Made by a program: the position numbers and the translations under genes. This document shows positions 1 through 13,330 of a stretch of DNA of 64,000 bases, one piece after another; position 1 is the stretch's first letter, and each line of letters begins with the position of its first letter. The notes beneath the pieces were generated by a model, which did not search any database, had not been told where the DNA came from, and saw only the letters and a list, made by a program, of their open reading frames with translations. Origin of the DNA: Takakia lepidozioides (lineage: Eukaryota; Plantae; Bryophyta); assembly GCA_030704615.1 (NCBI GenBank), contig CM060734.1, positions 16,182,001 to 16,246,000 on the forward strand, written 5' to 3'.

Positions 1-320
1 TACTACTTGCAGGTTACTGGTGGCCTACTTTGTTCAAGGATGTACACAAGTACTACAAGAGTTCTGATGAGTGTCAGAGGCTAGGACCATTGCAGAGATC
101 TGGAAAGATGGCTTTGCATCCTACGATGCCTACTGAACCATTTCAGAAGTGGGGACTAGACTTTGTTGGACCAATAAACCCACTAGCCAGAAATACACAG
201 AACAAGTATATAATTACAGCCACTGATTATACTACAAAGTGGGTAGAAGCTAAGGCTTTGAGGGACAACACAACGTCTACAACAAGGTTCATGTATGAGA
301 ACATACTCACAAGATTTACC
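1..320 (+). pseudogene. Ty3/Gypsy integrase fragment (end of Zn-binding region plus start of rve core), truncated
   Basis: ORF 30..332 contains [13 protein letters not shown]...[18 protein letters not shown], a typical plant Gypsy integrase. Homology stops at YENILTRF. Confidence 0.9.
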
Positions 321-2741
321 TTGCCTGTTTGATTGGTACTGACCCTGGTTCCAATTCAATCTTATGCTAACAAATCTCAGGTGGTATCCCTTTCAGATCC
401 TCATAACTCCATGCAAATACATCTCTGTATTTGATGAACAGACTCTTGGCTTCATCAAAGAATTCTGGCTCCAAATCAGCCCCCACTTTCATCAATCTTG
501 GTTCCTCCTCCGTTCCCACATTCACTTCTCTCAACTGCTCCTCTGCTGTGATTGTCCATCCAGCCACAACTTCATCCTGCAAACTCACAGTGGCTGGTTT
601 TTCTAGGATTTCCATTTCTCCCTCTCTTTCCTCATAGAAATATGGTGGGTAACTACTTGTTTCACCCGCAATTGGTGTGGCTGTTACTGCACCACAGCAG
701 ATACCTTTAAAACAACTCAGACCTCCCAGTTGCATTTCTGCAACATGTTCCCACTCTGGGTGTGTAGCAAACAGGGCAGCTTCCTGCTCCTCATCAAGTC
801 CTCCCCTCCAGTCATACTCTCTGACTCCACGAGGTCTTCTGGTAGCAGATAGCCTACTGGATTTCTTAGTGCTGACCTGTATCTTGTGCTTCCCATCATG
901 TACATTCAGTAACTGGGAATTCCATTCATGGAATACCCTGGCCGGTTTCAGCCATGGTTGACCCAGTAATAAGGAGTAAGCTTCCATAACATCGTCCATT
1001 TTCAACATAGTCACTGTGATCTTAAATATCATCTTTTGAATCCATATCTTAACTCCCCTTATCAAGCCTAAAGGCTGTACACTCCTTTGATCTGCCATTG
1101 TTATTGTGAATGGGGCTGGTTTCATACTACTCAGACCAAGCTTCTGCCTTGATTGGTCTGTCATGATATTCACCCCCGAGCCTCCATCTATCAGTACATC
1201 GGTCAAATCTGTGCTTCCAATTCTCAATTGGAACACTGGCATAGAATCATCAAAGTCCATGACTGTTTCTCGCCCTTCTGGCTTCACATTATAGCTTGTC
1301 ACCTTGCTGTTCAAGTCTGTGTTCTATGTCACATGAGCAATCTGATTAATCGCTTGATACAGCCTGTGCCTACAATGAGGTGCCACAGCCAATAGCTGTC
1401 CAATGGTAATCTCAGCTTTGGTCTGGCATATTACTTCAGCCAAAATCCCTTCATTGCTCTGCACTTGCGCAGCTTCTTTCTTCACTTCCTCTTCACCCTC
1501 TCCATCTTCTCTATCAGAGTCAGAAGTATCTGCCATAGGAATATCAATATTCTGGTCATTGTTCCTTCTTGGCTGGGGCTGCACTTGATGCACCCTTACT
1601 TGCCTAGGTTCTCTTGCAGCCGTCCTTCTGTTGTAATAACAATTCTCTTTAGAATGGTTATCTATTTTACAGATAGTACAGTGTTTCTCCTTTATGTGGC
1701 ATTCAACTGTGGTATGGCCTTCATTCTGGCATTTTGCACACCAAACACCCTTCTTCCAATGTGTTGCAGCCTCTGTGGCATACTTCTTCAAGATCTCCTC
1801 CAGTCTTTTCTCATAGTTTCCCCTCTTCAACTTCTCATTTTTCTTACTCTTTCTTTTGAGCTCTTGCTCTTCTTCCTCATCTGACTCATCCTCAAAGTCC
1901 TCATCATCCCTTCTATCTCTTCTGAGCATTCCCAATTGCTCAATCCTGTTGGCTATTTCAAATGCTCCTCCATTGTATTATGGGGTAACATATCCACTTT
2001 CTTTTGCAACTCTGGTCTTAGTCCACTCACAAACCAGGTCTTCTGTAACCCTGGCGCTGGTACAGCAGCCAACTTTTTCATCATTAACTCCATCTTTTCC
2101 ATGTACTCCTCAACAGTTTCATGCTTCTTTTGCCTAAACAGTTGTAAACTTCCATACACTTCATCCTCAGTTTTGCTTGTCCTGAACATGTTCCGGAATG
2201 CCGTACTAAGGCCATTCCAGGTTAGGAAATGATTATCTGGAAATCTTGCATACCATTCACTTGCTTTCTTGATAAGTGAACAAGGAAACAGTCTCATCTT
2301 GGCATCATCGCCATTCTCATTGTTCACAATACACATGTGCTCAAATTGGCTAATGTGTACATCAGGATCCCATTTCCCTGCGTATATTGGAAAAGGTGGT
2401 TTTGCCCGTGTTGGAGGTACCGCCATCTGTGGCCCTACACCCTGCCCACTGACAGGTGCTGGTCCTCCTGTTTGTGCTGGTCCCTGAGGACCTGTTGTTG
2501 TAGTGGTGGTTCTTCCACCAGATGCTGGCCCTTGAGCACTCCCTGCTACTGGCCCCGGGTTTCTTTCAAGCTTCAATGCACCCTTGGCTATACTAGAAGT
2601 CTCTGTTACCATATAACCATATGGCAAACACGTTTGGAAAACTGTTCTTGGTGTAAACGGAACCAAGGATGGAGAGATGATTTGATCGTTGCTTGAATCA
2701 TGCAAGCTGTAGAATCGTATTGTAGAACAGATTGGAGACAC
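321..2741 (-). mobile_element. Ty3/Gypsy gag-protease region (gag, two Zn knuckles, aspartic protease, start of RT linker), disrupted
   Basis: 1953..2741 is retrotransposon gag (DAKMRLFPCSL...WYARFP). 1324..1935 has CAKCQNEGHTTVEC and CTICKIDNHSKENC. 367..1314 has protease VLIDGGSGVNIM and pre-RT YRDVFAWSYEDLKGIPPEIC*HKIEL. Stops and frameshifts separate the ORFs. Confidence 0.9.
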
Positions 2742-2959
2742 TATGGCTACGGTCTTTCTCCGCCTGATCTCCTTTACTCATGATCAAGAAGTGCTCCCCC
2801 AAAAGTGATCTCTCCCCCGTTGCTGCTCTGCCTCATCTACATGCAAGCTGTTCTAACCGCCTAACTAACTATCTGTCACCCCAAGAAGTAACGTGTTCCC
2901 CCTGCAGATGTCGTTCCCACACAGTCATTCCCTGCCAATGATAACCGTTCCCTATGTAC

Positions 2960-3165
2960 GCTGTGACGGCCTGTGCCAAGCTGTGTCGGGCTGTGACTGT
3001 GTTGAGCTGTGACTGGCTGTGTAATGTTGTGTCGGGCTGTGTCGTGCTGTGACTGGCTGTGCGAAGCTGTGATAGGCTGTTATTGACTGTGACAGACTGT
3101 GTAAGCCTGTGTCGGGCTGTGTATGGCCGTGATAGACTATGATAGGCTGTGTACGACTGTCTACC
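2960..3165. repeat. Low-complexity GGCTGT/CTGTG tandem repeat in the Gypsy 5' leader
   Basis: Repeated ggctgtg, ctgtgac and gataggctgt units are visible. Confidence 0.7.
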
Positions 3166-4569
3166 ACCCCTAAAGCCTGTGCTGTCACCCCTAAGGCCTC
3201 TGTTGGTCTAAGTCTACCATCTGTAAGTCTACGCAAAAATTAAGGGTACCCCACAGAGCCCATAAAAGTGTCTAAGTTCCAGACAGCCCTCTAACACATG
3301 GTATGGCAAATTGCTATGCTAGTAGCCTATACAAGTGAGGGGAACAGCCTCGGTTATTTTTCCAGATCACCCCTATATTATCATTCCATGCTGCAGCTGA
3401 GAATCAAAGTTCATGACACAGCAAAGCAAGCATATGACATTGCACAAACAGCCCATGACAGTACAAGATATTGCCTACATACCACATTTACACCACATCA
3501 CATCTAACCATGTCATTACACCATGCCCAGGGAGTATTTCCACTTAAACTCCTTGGTTGCTTCAAAGGCCAGTCACCAAAGGCAAGCAAAGCAAACTAGG
3601 GCCCAAAAAACAGATGTGTGTCTCACACAAGCCATCATAAACTCGGCTATCACAACAAAGCAAAGGCCTTCCATTGGCTGGGCCAAAATAGCCCACCCTG
3701 AACAGCACTAAACTTGTTCTTCATAGATAAAAGAAAGAGGTAGGATCAAGAAAAACCATAGAGTAGTTTAGTTTTTCAACATTTTAAGATGAATCCATGG
3801 CCAACAACCCCTTCCATAGCTCTGCAACCCACTTGGCATCCAGCAGCACCTAGACAACAGCATATTAAGTGGAAGCCCTCACCTGTGTCCGTCCCAAAAA
3901 CAACCACAAAGCATTGTGAGTTAGTGAGGGCACGAGGTGAATGGCAGGCTTCCACACTTGCTATCGAGGTCAAATACACTTGAATCTAAGTACAGAGAAT
4001 GCCAAAGAAAGCAGGGAAGCAAGACTAACAGAAAAAGAGAACAATTTTTTACTGTTTGGGGGATGGTCGCCGTCTCTCCAGAAACCCAACTGTGCAGGGA
4101 GGTCTCCGTCAACACCACAACACTGCTACCTTAATTAAAGCAAAGCCTTGCCAAGCACAAGAGCAAAAAAGAGCTTAGTCTCATAAGGTAGGGTTTATAA
4201 AGGTGGGAGAGAGACTTCCTTGTTCTACCGAGACGCCGCCATTCATCAAAGGTCCAGAGGGAGGGCTTCTAGGGAAACTCCACAACCAGGCAGGTGGTAC
4301 CTCCGCCATCACTGCCTATGTTCCCTTGTGCAGTAAAAAAACAGACAGACGAGACAGTGAATCTTCCCTCATCTCTAAGCCACCGCCATCGCCTTAAAGA
4401 GCCCGCAGAGGCGGCGCTCATAGGAGCCTTAAACACTCCAGGGATTGGCAACTCACGGTATCTGCAGCACGAGCACCATCGCCACCTCCAAGCCGCCATC
4501 GCGCGCACTCTCGCAGCGCAAAAAGAAAGACACTAGGGTTGCGCAGGGCTTTACCCTGTCCAGCTCGTC

Positions 4570-4995
4570 ATTCATCCCTTTTTAGGATGAAAAACATCCA
4601 CCAAACTATATACCCGACGGACATTGTTCGTTTCCCATTCAGGGAAGATGAAAAACATCGGGTGTTCATCCTCTGCCTTGAACCCGACGGATGTGGTCCG
4701 TTTTTCATCTAGGTTAGATGAAAAACATCGGGGTTTTCTTAATTCATTTATACCTATCTTGAACCCCACGGACGTACACAGTTTCCCATCCAGCGTGGAT
4801 GAAAAAAACATAGGTACTTCATAATCATCCATAGGAATTTAATTCCCGTCAGATAAAGTCATTTTTCATCCAGGTTGGATGAAAATGACGGGTATTTAAC
4901 AATCAGTATATTCCGGATTGATATCCGGGTAGGTTAGGATGAAAAAAACTCATAGGTAATAATGGAAAAATGTCTCACCAAGAGAGAAGGATGAA
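4570..4995. repeat. Cluster of GGATGAAAA / TTTTCATCC motifs in both orientations
   Basis: About 10 copies of ggatgaaaa or its complement, interspersed with ccgacgga-like motifs. Confidence 0.55.
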
Positions 4996-5515
4996 AATCA
5001 TCCAGATTCCCTGCAACCCAATTTTTAATTTTTCAAAGATGGAAGTTGGGACAACAATTCCATAAACCCAGTTTCCAGAGGGAGAGAGAGGGAGAGAGAG
5101 GGAGAGAGAGGGAATCCCACCAACCAATCCCTGGTATGGCAGGCCCTTACGGAGTGAGTGTGGTATGCACTCACCCCGTAAGGGAGTGCATACCAGACTC
5201 CTTCTCCAAAAGGGTAACCTCTCCCTGCTCATTAGCAAATCCTTCGGAAGGTGTACCATAGAGGATTATCAAGCTATCCCTTATTCAAGCTGGGTAATCA
5301 GAACAAGCATATGAAATCGAGCATATTGCTGGGGTATGTACTAAGCATAGACCCCAAAAGGAACTAGTTATAGAAGAAATCACAGGTGTAAGAAACCATG
5401 GTATTTACTTACTCTGGTTTTTTGTGAACTCCACCATCACAAGCATGTCTGCTTTCAAGGAAAAGGACACACCATATTTAGGCTGTCAAAAATCACACCC
5501 AAGCGCCGACATTTT

Positions 5516-5926
5516 TGTGTGGTGCTACAAAGAGCGAAGCCACATCTAGGAGAAGCCAAAAAGCATGTGAGCCAAAGACCAACTAAATTCTGACATAAGG
5601 CATTGGCTACAAGGGATCAGTTAGCAAGAACGATGTATAGTGACCGGATCATGTAGAAGGTGTGTACATATGCTCCAGTATACTGTCTTACCAGGGCCTA
5701 GCTCATGATATCAGCATTCAGGGGTCTGTTTGTGTGGTGCTACTAAGAGTAAAGCCACATCCAGGAGAAGCCAAAAAGCATTTGAGCCGAAGACAAACTA
5801 AATATTGATATAAGGCATTGGCTACAGGGGTAAGAGTAATGTACAATGACCGGATCATGTAGAAGGTGTGTACATATACTCGAGTATACTGTCTCACCAG
5901 GGCCTAGCTCATAATATCATCATTCA
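5516..5926. repeat. Two diverged ~200 bp direct repeats, probably part of the Gypsy 5' LTR
   Basis: Units 5516-5720 and 5731-5926 both run tgtgtggtgctac...gaccggatcatgtagaaggtgtgtacata...cattca. They begin with TG and lie upstream of gag on the minus strand. Confidence 0.7.
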
Positions 5927-6232
5927 TAAGTCTATTATGCCCTGTGCTTATCTATTCTCCATGCCCAAACCATTGGTCTGTTGGAGAAAAACATACCTGG
6001 TATGAACCATGGTTGCACAACTTGAATAACGGGGATTGGAGGAAGCAACCGGAGCTAGTACCCCAAGGTCTACAGCTCATCAATCCATTCCGGAGTGATC
6101 TTGGTGGGGTTCTGCACAAAGGCTGAAAATCAGCATGGTAATCAATGGATAGTGTATGCAGAAACCACTAAGCATACTGGACAATGAGAGAGGGAAGATA
6201 CTTTTGTCATGTCAAGACAATGACAATTGTAG

Positions 6233-8159
6233 GGTCTCCTCATCTGCCACACATTTGACGCAATGCATTGCGAGAAGAACTTGGCTGAAAATATTATTAA
6301 AACTATCTTTGGTGAGAAAGACACATTGAAAGTTCGCTGTGATTTGGAGCTACTTGGGATGCGCCCGGAATTGTGGCTACAACGTGATCCTGACAGAGCA
6401 GATACGTTAATTATGCCTCCTGCCCCTTATGTCCTCACTGAGGCTGAGTTACAAGTCTTTCTGGAGATTGTGCAGAACTTGAAAGTGCCAACAGGCTACG
6501 CATCAGCTTTCAAAAAGCATGTGGTGAAGAAGAAATTGTCTGGCATGAAATCACATGACTATCATGTGCTCATGCAGCAAATTATACCGCTTGCTATCCG
6601 TGGGCTCATGGCAAGTGGTCCTCAAAGGGCCATTTTGCGAGTATGTCGTGTATTTAAGAAGTTGTGTGCAAAAGTGGTGAATCGTGTAGAGTATGAGGAA
6701 TTGAGAACTGAAGCAGTTGTCACTCTGTGTCTTATAGAGAAGGAGTTCCCACCATCATTTTTTGATGTGATGACACATCTGGTTGTTCACCTAGTGGATG
6801 AGTTGTATTTATGCGGGCCCGTAGCATCTCGTTGGATGTACCCCATGGAGCGGGCAATGAAAGATATGAAGGGCTACGTAAGAAACATGGCAAGGCCCGA
6901 GGGAGCATGGCAGAAGGATACCAATTTGAAGAAGCATTGGGTTTTTGCACAGAGTACATGGCAGGATTTGATGGAAGTGTACAAAGGGTGTGGGATGCAG
7001 ATGAGGCAGAATCTGTGGAACGTGAAGTTGTGGAAGGAAGTTCTAAAGCCCGAAAATTGAATGACCTGCGTGATATTGTACATGAGTACATCATTCAGAA
7101 CCATCCTCATCTGTCAGTCATGTTGGGGTAAGAAATCTACTTCATTGACATTTAGATTTCCAAGTTTTAGTCATTTATCATTAGTTGGCATATGGCGTCT
7201 TTTCATATCTCCCACGCCACCTCTGTCAATCTCCTGGCTGACCCTCGGATTGTGACAGGATATATGAAGCAGAGTCCACACGGATAGAAGCCAGACAACG
7301 CTTGTTTCGTGAGGAGCAAGGGCTGGAAGGCATGAGCAATCCCACGACAATTCAGTACCCTCCTGATTTGCATCCATGTCCTCCATTTGATGTTTGGCTC
7401 CCTCAAGGTGTACGGGATCATCTCTCAATTCAATCAGATGGGCTTGATCCTACAACACGTGAGGAATTACTGGATCTTTCAAGACCTCCATCATTTACTG
7501 CCCTGTCATTCAAGAGTATGACAGCGTATGATAACCATTACAGGGTTACATCCCCCGGCATGAACAAAACAAGTATGGTGTCTTTTGATTGTGGAGTCTC
7601 ATCTGTTTTCCAGCACCAGCCCATTACCAACAATTTAGGCAATAACATGGAGGAACCTACAAGATATGTAGGTCTTATAAGGGAGATTTTGCAAATTGAC
7701 TATGGCCAAACACAGCCTATAGTGTTTTTGTGTTCGTGGGTACGGGCGCGTTGCGTGGGTCGTCAACCTATGTCAATGAAGCAGGTGTTTCCTGGCCAGG
7801 TTGATCAAGTGTTTTTTTCTGATTGTGTGAAGGAGCCGGGGTGGAAAGTCGTCCTGGAGAAGAGCCCCCGAGCACGTAGAGTGGTCTGCGACATATCAAT
7901 TGATAATGATGATGTGGCGGAAGTGGAAGGATTGTTAGCCCCACAAAGACTAGAGGAGACTCTGGTTACTGATGGCCCAACATGCAGCCGAGCAGTACCG
8001 GTTACTCCAGAGCAGGTGGCCTCCTTGTACCTCCGAGCACCCCGTATACGTGGTGATGATGTTCAGCCAACCCTTGGACAAGATCAAGTCTGTGATGAAG
8101 ACAGTGATACATGTAGTGACCCAGACATAGATGAGGATGATGAAGATTATATATGCTAG
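6233..8159 (+). pseudogene. CACTA transposase C-terminal region (DUF4218/DUF4216-type), frameshifted
   Basis: Motifs HTFDAMHCEKN, LSGMKSHDYHVLMQQ, EKEFPPSFFDVMTHLVVHL, GPVASRWMYPMER and YVGLIREILQIDYG...QVDQVFF. There is a frameshift at NMARPEG/SMAEGY near 6900. Confidence 0.9.
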
Positions 8160-8329
8160 ATTTGTGCACTCCAGTTATAGACCATGCATGATAGTTTAAG
8201 GTGGTAACACTCCCTTCGCATTCCCATTAAGATATCATGCTTGGACAGTGGATCTTATGATCAATTATGGAGTGCTTTCCTATCAGCACCCTTTATTCAT
8301 TTGTTGTTGCAATTGGCTTTGGACCAACC

Positions 8330-10240
8330 AGTGCTGGTACCATTGCCATGGGTTCTGCCTGCAATGTTTTCTTGCCATGGATTCGGCACACGCCACGAAA
8401 GGCTATCCAGACCATCCTCTGGAAATGCTCCAATGTTGTTTCAAACATCTCCACATTGCAATGGATACAACACTGACATTAGATGAGTGAAAGTGTGACT
8501 AGACCTCCAGCCAGCCGGCTTTCCCACATCAAATTGAAGGGGATCTGTAGAGGATAGATAACTGCTGTTGCCTTCTCAATGTCTTTTCCAATCACCTCTG
8601 CAATGAACTGGGGTATAAGATCCTTCAAATCACAAGTTTGAGCATCACGCACAAGCCACTTATGGGGATTGAGTTTCCAATGCGAACCATTAGTCTTTTA
8701 TTGATAGCATTGTTGTAAAATACATGGACCAACATGGTCATTTTCGGGAATGACATATAATACGCTTTCATGTACTATGTAAGCATGCAACTATGTACCA
8801 GTGACGTGGCTTGTTCGCCACTTAACCTGTTTGCCCATTCAGCCATCTCCACATTGCAATGGATTTTGCATGCTGGATTGTGAGGCCATCCACACCGTCC
8901 TCTGGAAATGCTATCATGGGGTTTCAGCTATGTCTACATTTCCCTGGATTATACCTGCATGAAGCAAGGCCAACTGCATTCAGCACCCTCCACTTTATTA
9001 TAGTATTGCAGCAACATTCAAAGCACTTCAATTTGTATCCATCGAGAACATCTAGGCTGGAAAAAGACATTGTTGCAGCAGAACTTAGGAAAGTACTTCT
9101 CCCCTTCCACTACACACGTGAAATGAAAGAAACCAACCAACAGCATACCAGCCAAGAAAATATGAAACCAGCCAAGAAAATAGCCAATATATGCAGTGAA
9201 GGTCGACACTAAATGAAACTTATCCAACACTTACATTAGAGGAGGGAAGCTGAGTTTTACCTCCATAAGCTTGCCCACATCAAATTTGGGAGCTTTCAGA
9301 ATTTTTCCTTTCCGGTTGAATGAACTTGGCTACAAGATCCTTCAAATCACAAGTTTGAGCTTCACACACAATGAACTTACAGGGATTGAGCTTCCAATGC
9401 AAACCAGAAGTCTTATATTGATAGCATTGTTGTAAAACACATGGACCAACAATGACAGTCTCTGGAATGACATATAGTACAGTTTCTTGTAGTATGTTGC
9501 ACACAACTATGTACCAGTGACGTGGCTTCTTTGCCACTTGCCTCCTTTGCCCATTCAGCCATCTCCACATTGCCACGGACTCTGCATGCACCACGCAAGG
9601 CCATCCACACCATCCTCTGGAAATGCTATAATCAGCCATCTCCACGTTGCAATGGATTCTGTCTGCACCAAGCAAGGCCAACTGCATTCAACAGCCTCCA
9701 CTTTATTATGGTATTGCAGCAACATTGAAAGCACTTAAATTAATATCCAACAAGAACATGTAGGCTGGAAAACAAAAATTATTGCAGCAGAACTTACATT
9801 CGTACTCCTCTCCTTCCACTACACACGGGAAATTTAACCCCTGGTACCTCAACATGCTCCCCTTCAAACTCACCAACATGTCGCTCTATCTTTGCTCCCA
9901 CCTCCTCACTGTATGTGATCCCCATGAAAGCAGCCAAGCAATAAGATACCAGCCAAGAAAACAGCCAATGTATGCAGTGAACGTCGAAACTGAAACTTAT
10001 CCAGCACTTAAATTAGAGGAGGGAAGCGAGTACTACCTCCATAAGCTTGCCCACATCAACTCTGGGAGCTTTCATAATATTTACTTTGTGGATGAAGGTG
10101 TTCTGTATAGGATACATACTGGCTGATATCTTCTCAATGTCTTTTCCAATCACCTCTGGAATGAACTTGGCTATAAAAACCTTCAAATCACAAGTTTGAG
10201 CTTCATGCATAATAATCTCCCTCATCTTCCACCGAAGCAA
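8330..10240. repeat. About three chimeric tandem units (~720-840 bp) inside the CACTA element
   Basis: ccttcaaatcacaagtttgagc occurs at ~8622, ~9340 and ~10180. tcctctggaaatgct occurs at ~8415, ~8898 and ~9613. Confidence 0.8.
10037..10240 (-). pseudogene. RPS3A: 40S ribosomal protein S3a (eS1) C-terminal exon fragment; shorter copies at ~8519-8655 and ~9260-9372
   Basis: [64 protein letters not shown] matches the plant eS1 C-terminus and is followed by a GT donor. Confidence 0.85.
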
Positions 10241-12270
10241 GCCGAGACATGGTAACACTACTTACATCAGGCTGCATATCGCGAAACTGGTGAAGGACCT
10301 ACATGGAACTACTGGCTGCATACAATGTTTTGCAGTGTTCCTGACAAGCAACCACCATTGCAACCGTCATGTTCTATGGAAATTTCTGTCTCTCTCTCTC
10401 TCTCTCTTTCCCACTCACACATGAACCTCAGAAATGGACATCAGAGACCTGAAATGCCTTCATTATCCCCAAAAACTATTGGATGGTGTACTTGAGGTTC
10501 TATTTCTTTCAGAGACTGCCATTCAACTTCTAAGAATTGCATCTTTTGTCGAAGAGCCCTAGAAATTGTCTAACATTTTTGAAATTGTGTGTAGCAAGTG
10601 CGCTTAATGTGGTTGGGTCGCTTCTTTGTGAAGCCAATGCAGAAAATCCGCAACATGTAATTGTCTGTTGTTTTCACATCCACATGTGACTCTATCAGAC
10701 TCTACCATTTCCGCACAAGCCTCCATCAACTTGTCTGTGGTGAAATTTATTCCGTGGACCAATCCCAAGTCAATTTACAACACGGCCTTTAACCCTGACA
10801 ACAAAAAAAAACTCACTTTAGAGTGCCAAAAGACACAGATTTACTTGAGAATAAGCACTTCAATTTCGCTATGATGTACTGAGTGATAAGAGCCCCATAC
10901 TAGAAGCAACACTGCACCCACTTAAAATGAGAGTAACCTAAAAGTTAGTGAGGACATTGCGACCCTGCACATTCTTGGTGAAGCCAGTTTGACAATTCGC
11001 AGAGAGAACACATATACTGGCGGCCAGCTTCAACCTTTCCTTTGTAATATCTTCCATTATTTGACCGGCCAACCTGTGATGACGACAATGCTACCCATAT
11101 CCTAACAGCATTGCATTCGAAAAGAACTCCCAAAATCAAGATCATGAGGGGAAATGTGAAGTTCCCTTTGGAACCTTCCACATAGAATGAAGGGTTTGAC
11201 AGCGAAATAAGGACAAAAAGGGGGAGGAAGATGCAGGTTCCGATTGGGATTTCGCATCGGGCCTGTAGCTTTATGATGGTGATTGGTTATAACTGCTAAT
11301 GGAAGAGATGTAGACTTGGCAACAGATATTTAAACGTTTCGATTATAACTTACCAATCTGACACTAGATAACCTTTGTAAATCCTATCGAACTCTCCCTT
11401 CGAATTCACATCGTCGATGCTTCCATACATGTCCATGAAGGTAACGTTCCAAATTTCTTCAAGTAGATGCAGTTCTTGCCTATGATATGATCACCATGAT
11501 ATCCTGCAATCATCACATTTGAAGACACGACCCGTCGTTCAGCCATACTGTCGCACATTCTTTCTCTGCAAACTCCACATTCCAAATGACATCCTCTGCA
11601 GACTCTCACTTTACAGACTCAATGAAGAATGCGACTTAGTGCTCTACGGTAACTACAAAATGCTTGAGCTATATCAAACCAATAGGAAACTAACACATGT
11701 ACTAAGCTGATAGGATTTCGGCAAACATGGATGGATGAGCTCATCCAATGGATGGATCCATTCATGTATATGTCTCCAAAATGACACGTGTACTAATAAA
11801 GTCATATAAATGCCTTTAAAATGCCACGTGTAGTGATGTAGTCATATATATAGAGTCATGAATCAATTTGCAGTCAGACAGTCATAAGTTTACATGCCAT
11901 GTCATGCTGTGGATGAACTCGTCCAATGGATGAATACATTTGTGTATTTGCCTTCGAAATGACACGTGTAGCGATGTAGTCGTATAATTAGAGCTGTGAA
12001 ACCATCTCCAGTCATGGAGTCATAACATTCCATGAAACATCGTCCACGTGTAGTCAAACATATCACACTAGTCATATAAACCATCCCTGTCATTGTGGTC
12101 AACAATGTTTGACCAAAGCTTCCTAACTTTCCGGAGTCATGTAGTGATATCCGGCATCATGTAGTGATAAAACTATGACTGCAACGCATTCCAGCGCTCT
12201 ATAGTCATCTACCTAGTGCAGTTTTTATGACTCCGCTAAAGCCGTAGTCCTAAAAACGCTCATCTTAGTG

Positions 12271-13330
12271 GATCCCACCATTGGCTGGCGTAAAAAAAGT
12301 ATTCATCCCACAGCTTCTCCTCATCTCTGTTTACCTGTTTTTTGATACTTTCCTGTGTCACATTCATGTCAAAGTCACTCCAAACTACCAAAGGTTCACT
12401 CACAACTAACTTGCAGAATTCAACATGGAAATGTAGGGCAGATTCTGATAAGAAGGGAAAACAGGGTGAAATGTGTTGAAGAAGGTGCCTTCTCCTCATC
12501 CATATTCTCTGTTTTTGGATACTTTCCTGCTGCCACATCAGCAGTAACTTGTCAAAGTCACTCCTAACCACCACAGATCCACCCAACGAGCTAACTTACA
12601 GAGTTCAATATGCATCTTAGGGCCGAGTCTGATGAGAGGGTAAAACAGACAGAAATAGGTTGAAGAAGAAGGTGCCCTCAACACATTGTCCTTGACCTTG
12701 TGTCATGACCCATGGAGGATTTGACCGAACATCAACCCTAAAGGACCTCTTGTTTGTGCAGCTTGTGTGTGCAGCCTTCAGAATGACATCTGGTAATCTG
12801 CAGGCATTCATCTTTTTGCCTCGTTTGTCCCACCATTGGCTGGGGTCAGAAAAGTATTCATCCCACAGCTTCTCCTCATCTCTGTTTACCTATTTTTGTA
12901 TACTTTCCTGTGTCACATTGGCAGTATCATGTCAAAGTCACTTCAAACTACCAAAGGTTCACTCAATCAGCTAACTTGCAGAATTCAACATGGAAATGTA
13001 GGGCCGATTATGATAAGAGGGGAAAACAGGGTGAAATGTGTTGAAGAAGGTGCTTCTCCTACCCTATGTTATCTGTTTTTGGATACTTTCCTGCTGCTAT
13101 ATTGACAGCTTGTCAAAGTCACTCCTAACCACCACCGATCCACCCAACGAGCTAAAGTACAGAATTCAATATGCATCTCAGGGCCGAGTCTGATGAGAGG
13201 GCAAAACAGGCTGAAATAGGTGAAAGAAGAAGCTGCCCTCACCACATTGTCCTTGACCTTGTGTCATGACCCATGGAGGATTTGATCGACCATCAATCCA
13301 AAAGGACCTCTTGTGTGTGCTGCTTGTGTC
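12271..13330 (-). pseudogene. Degenerate tandem copies of the OSB-type PDF-motif exon family (same family as 44930-46554 and 57911-59830)
   Basis: Minus strand ~12890-12808 translates VNRDEEKLWDEYFSDPSQWWDKRGKK. Nucleotide blocks are shared with the 45-46 kb and 58-59 kb regions. Confidence 0.7.

Larger units (their letters stand above)
6233..12270 (+). mobile_element. CACTA/En-Spm transposon, 3' part (left end lost or interrupted)
   Basis: Tnp2-type transposase remnants at 6233-8159. Subterminal atgact/agtcat and acacgtgta repeats at 11690-12260. Terminal TAGTG at 12266-12270, immediately followed by an unrelated repeat family. Confidence 0.75.

Noticed and set aside
5495-5516. Primer-binding site of the Gypsy element
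   Set aside because: The minus-strand sequence after the putative LTR end (aaaatgtcggcgcttggg) could not be matched confidently to a tRNA 3' end, so LTR limits were left undefined.
12209-12218. Alternative CACTA right end (acctagtg)
   Set aside because: Subterminal repeats continue to the TAGTG at 12270, where unrelated sequence begins.
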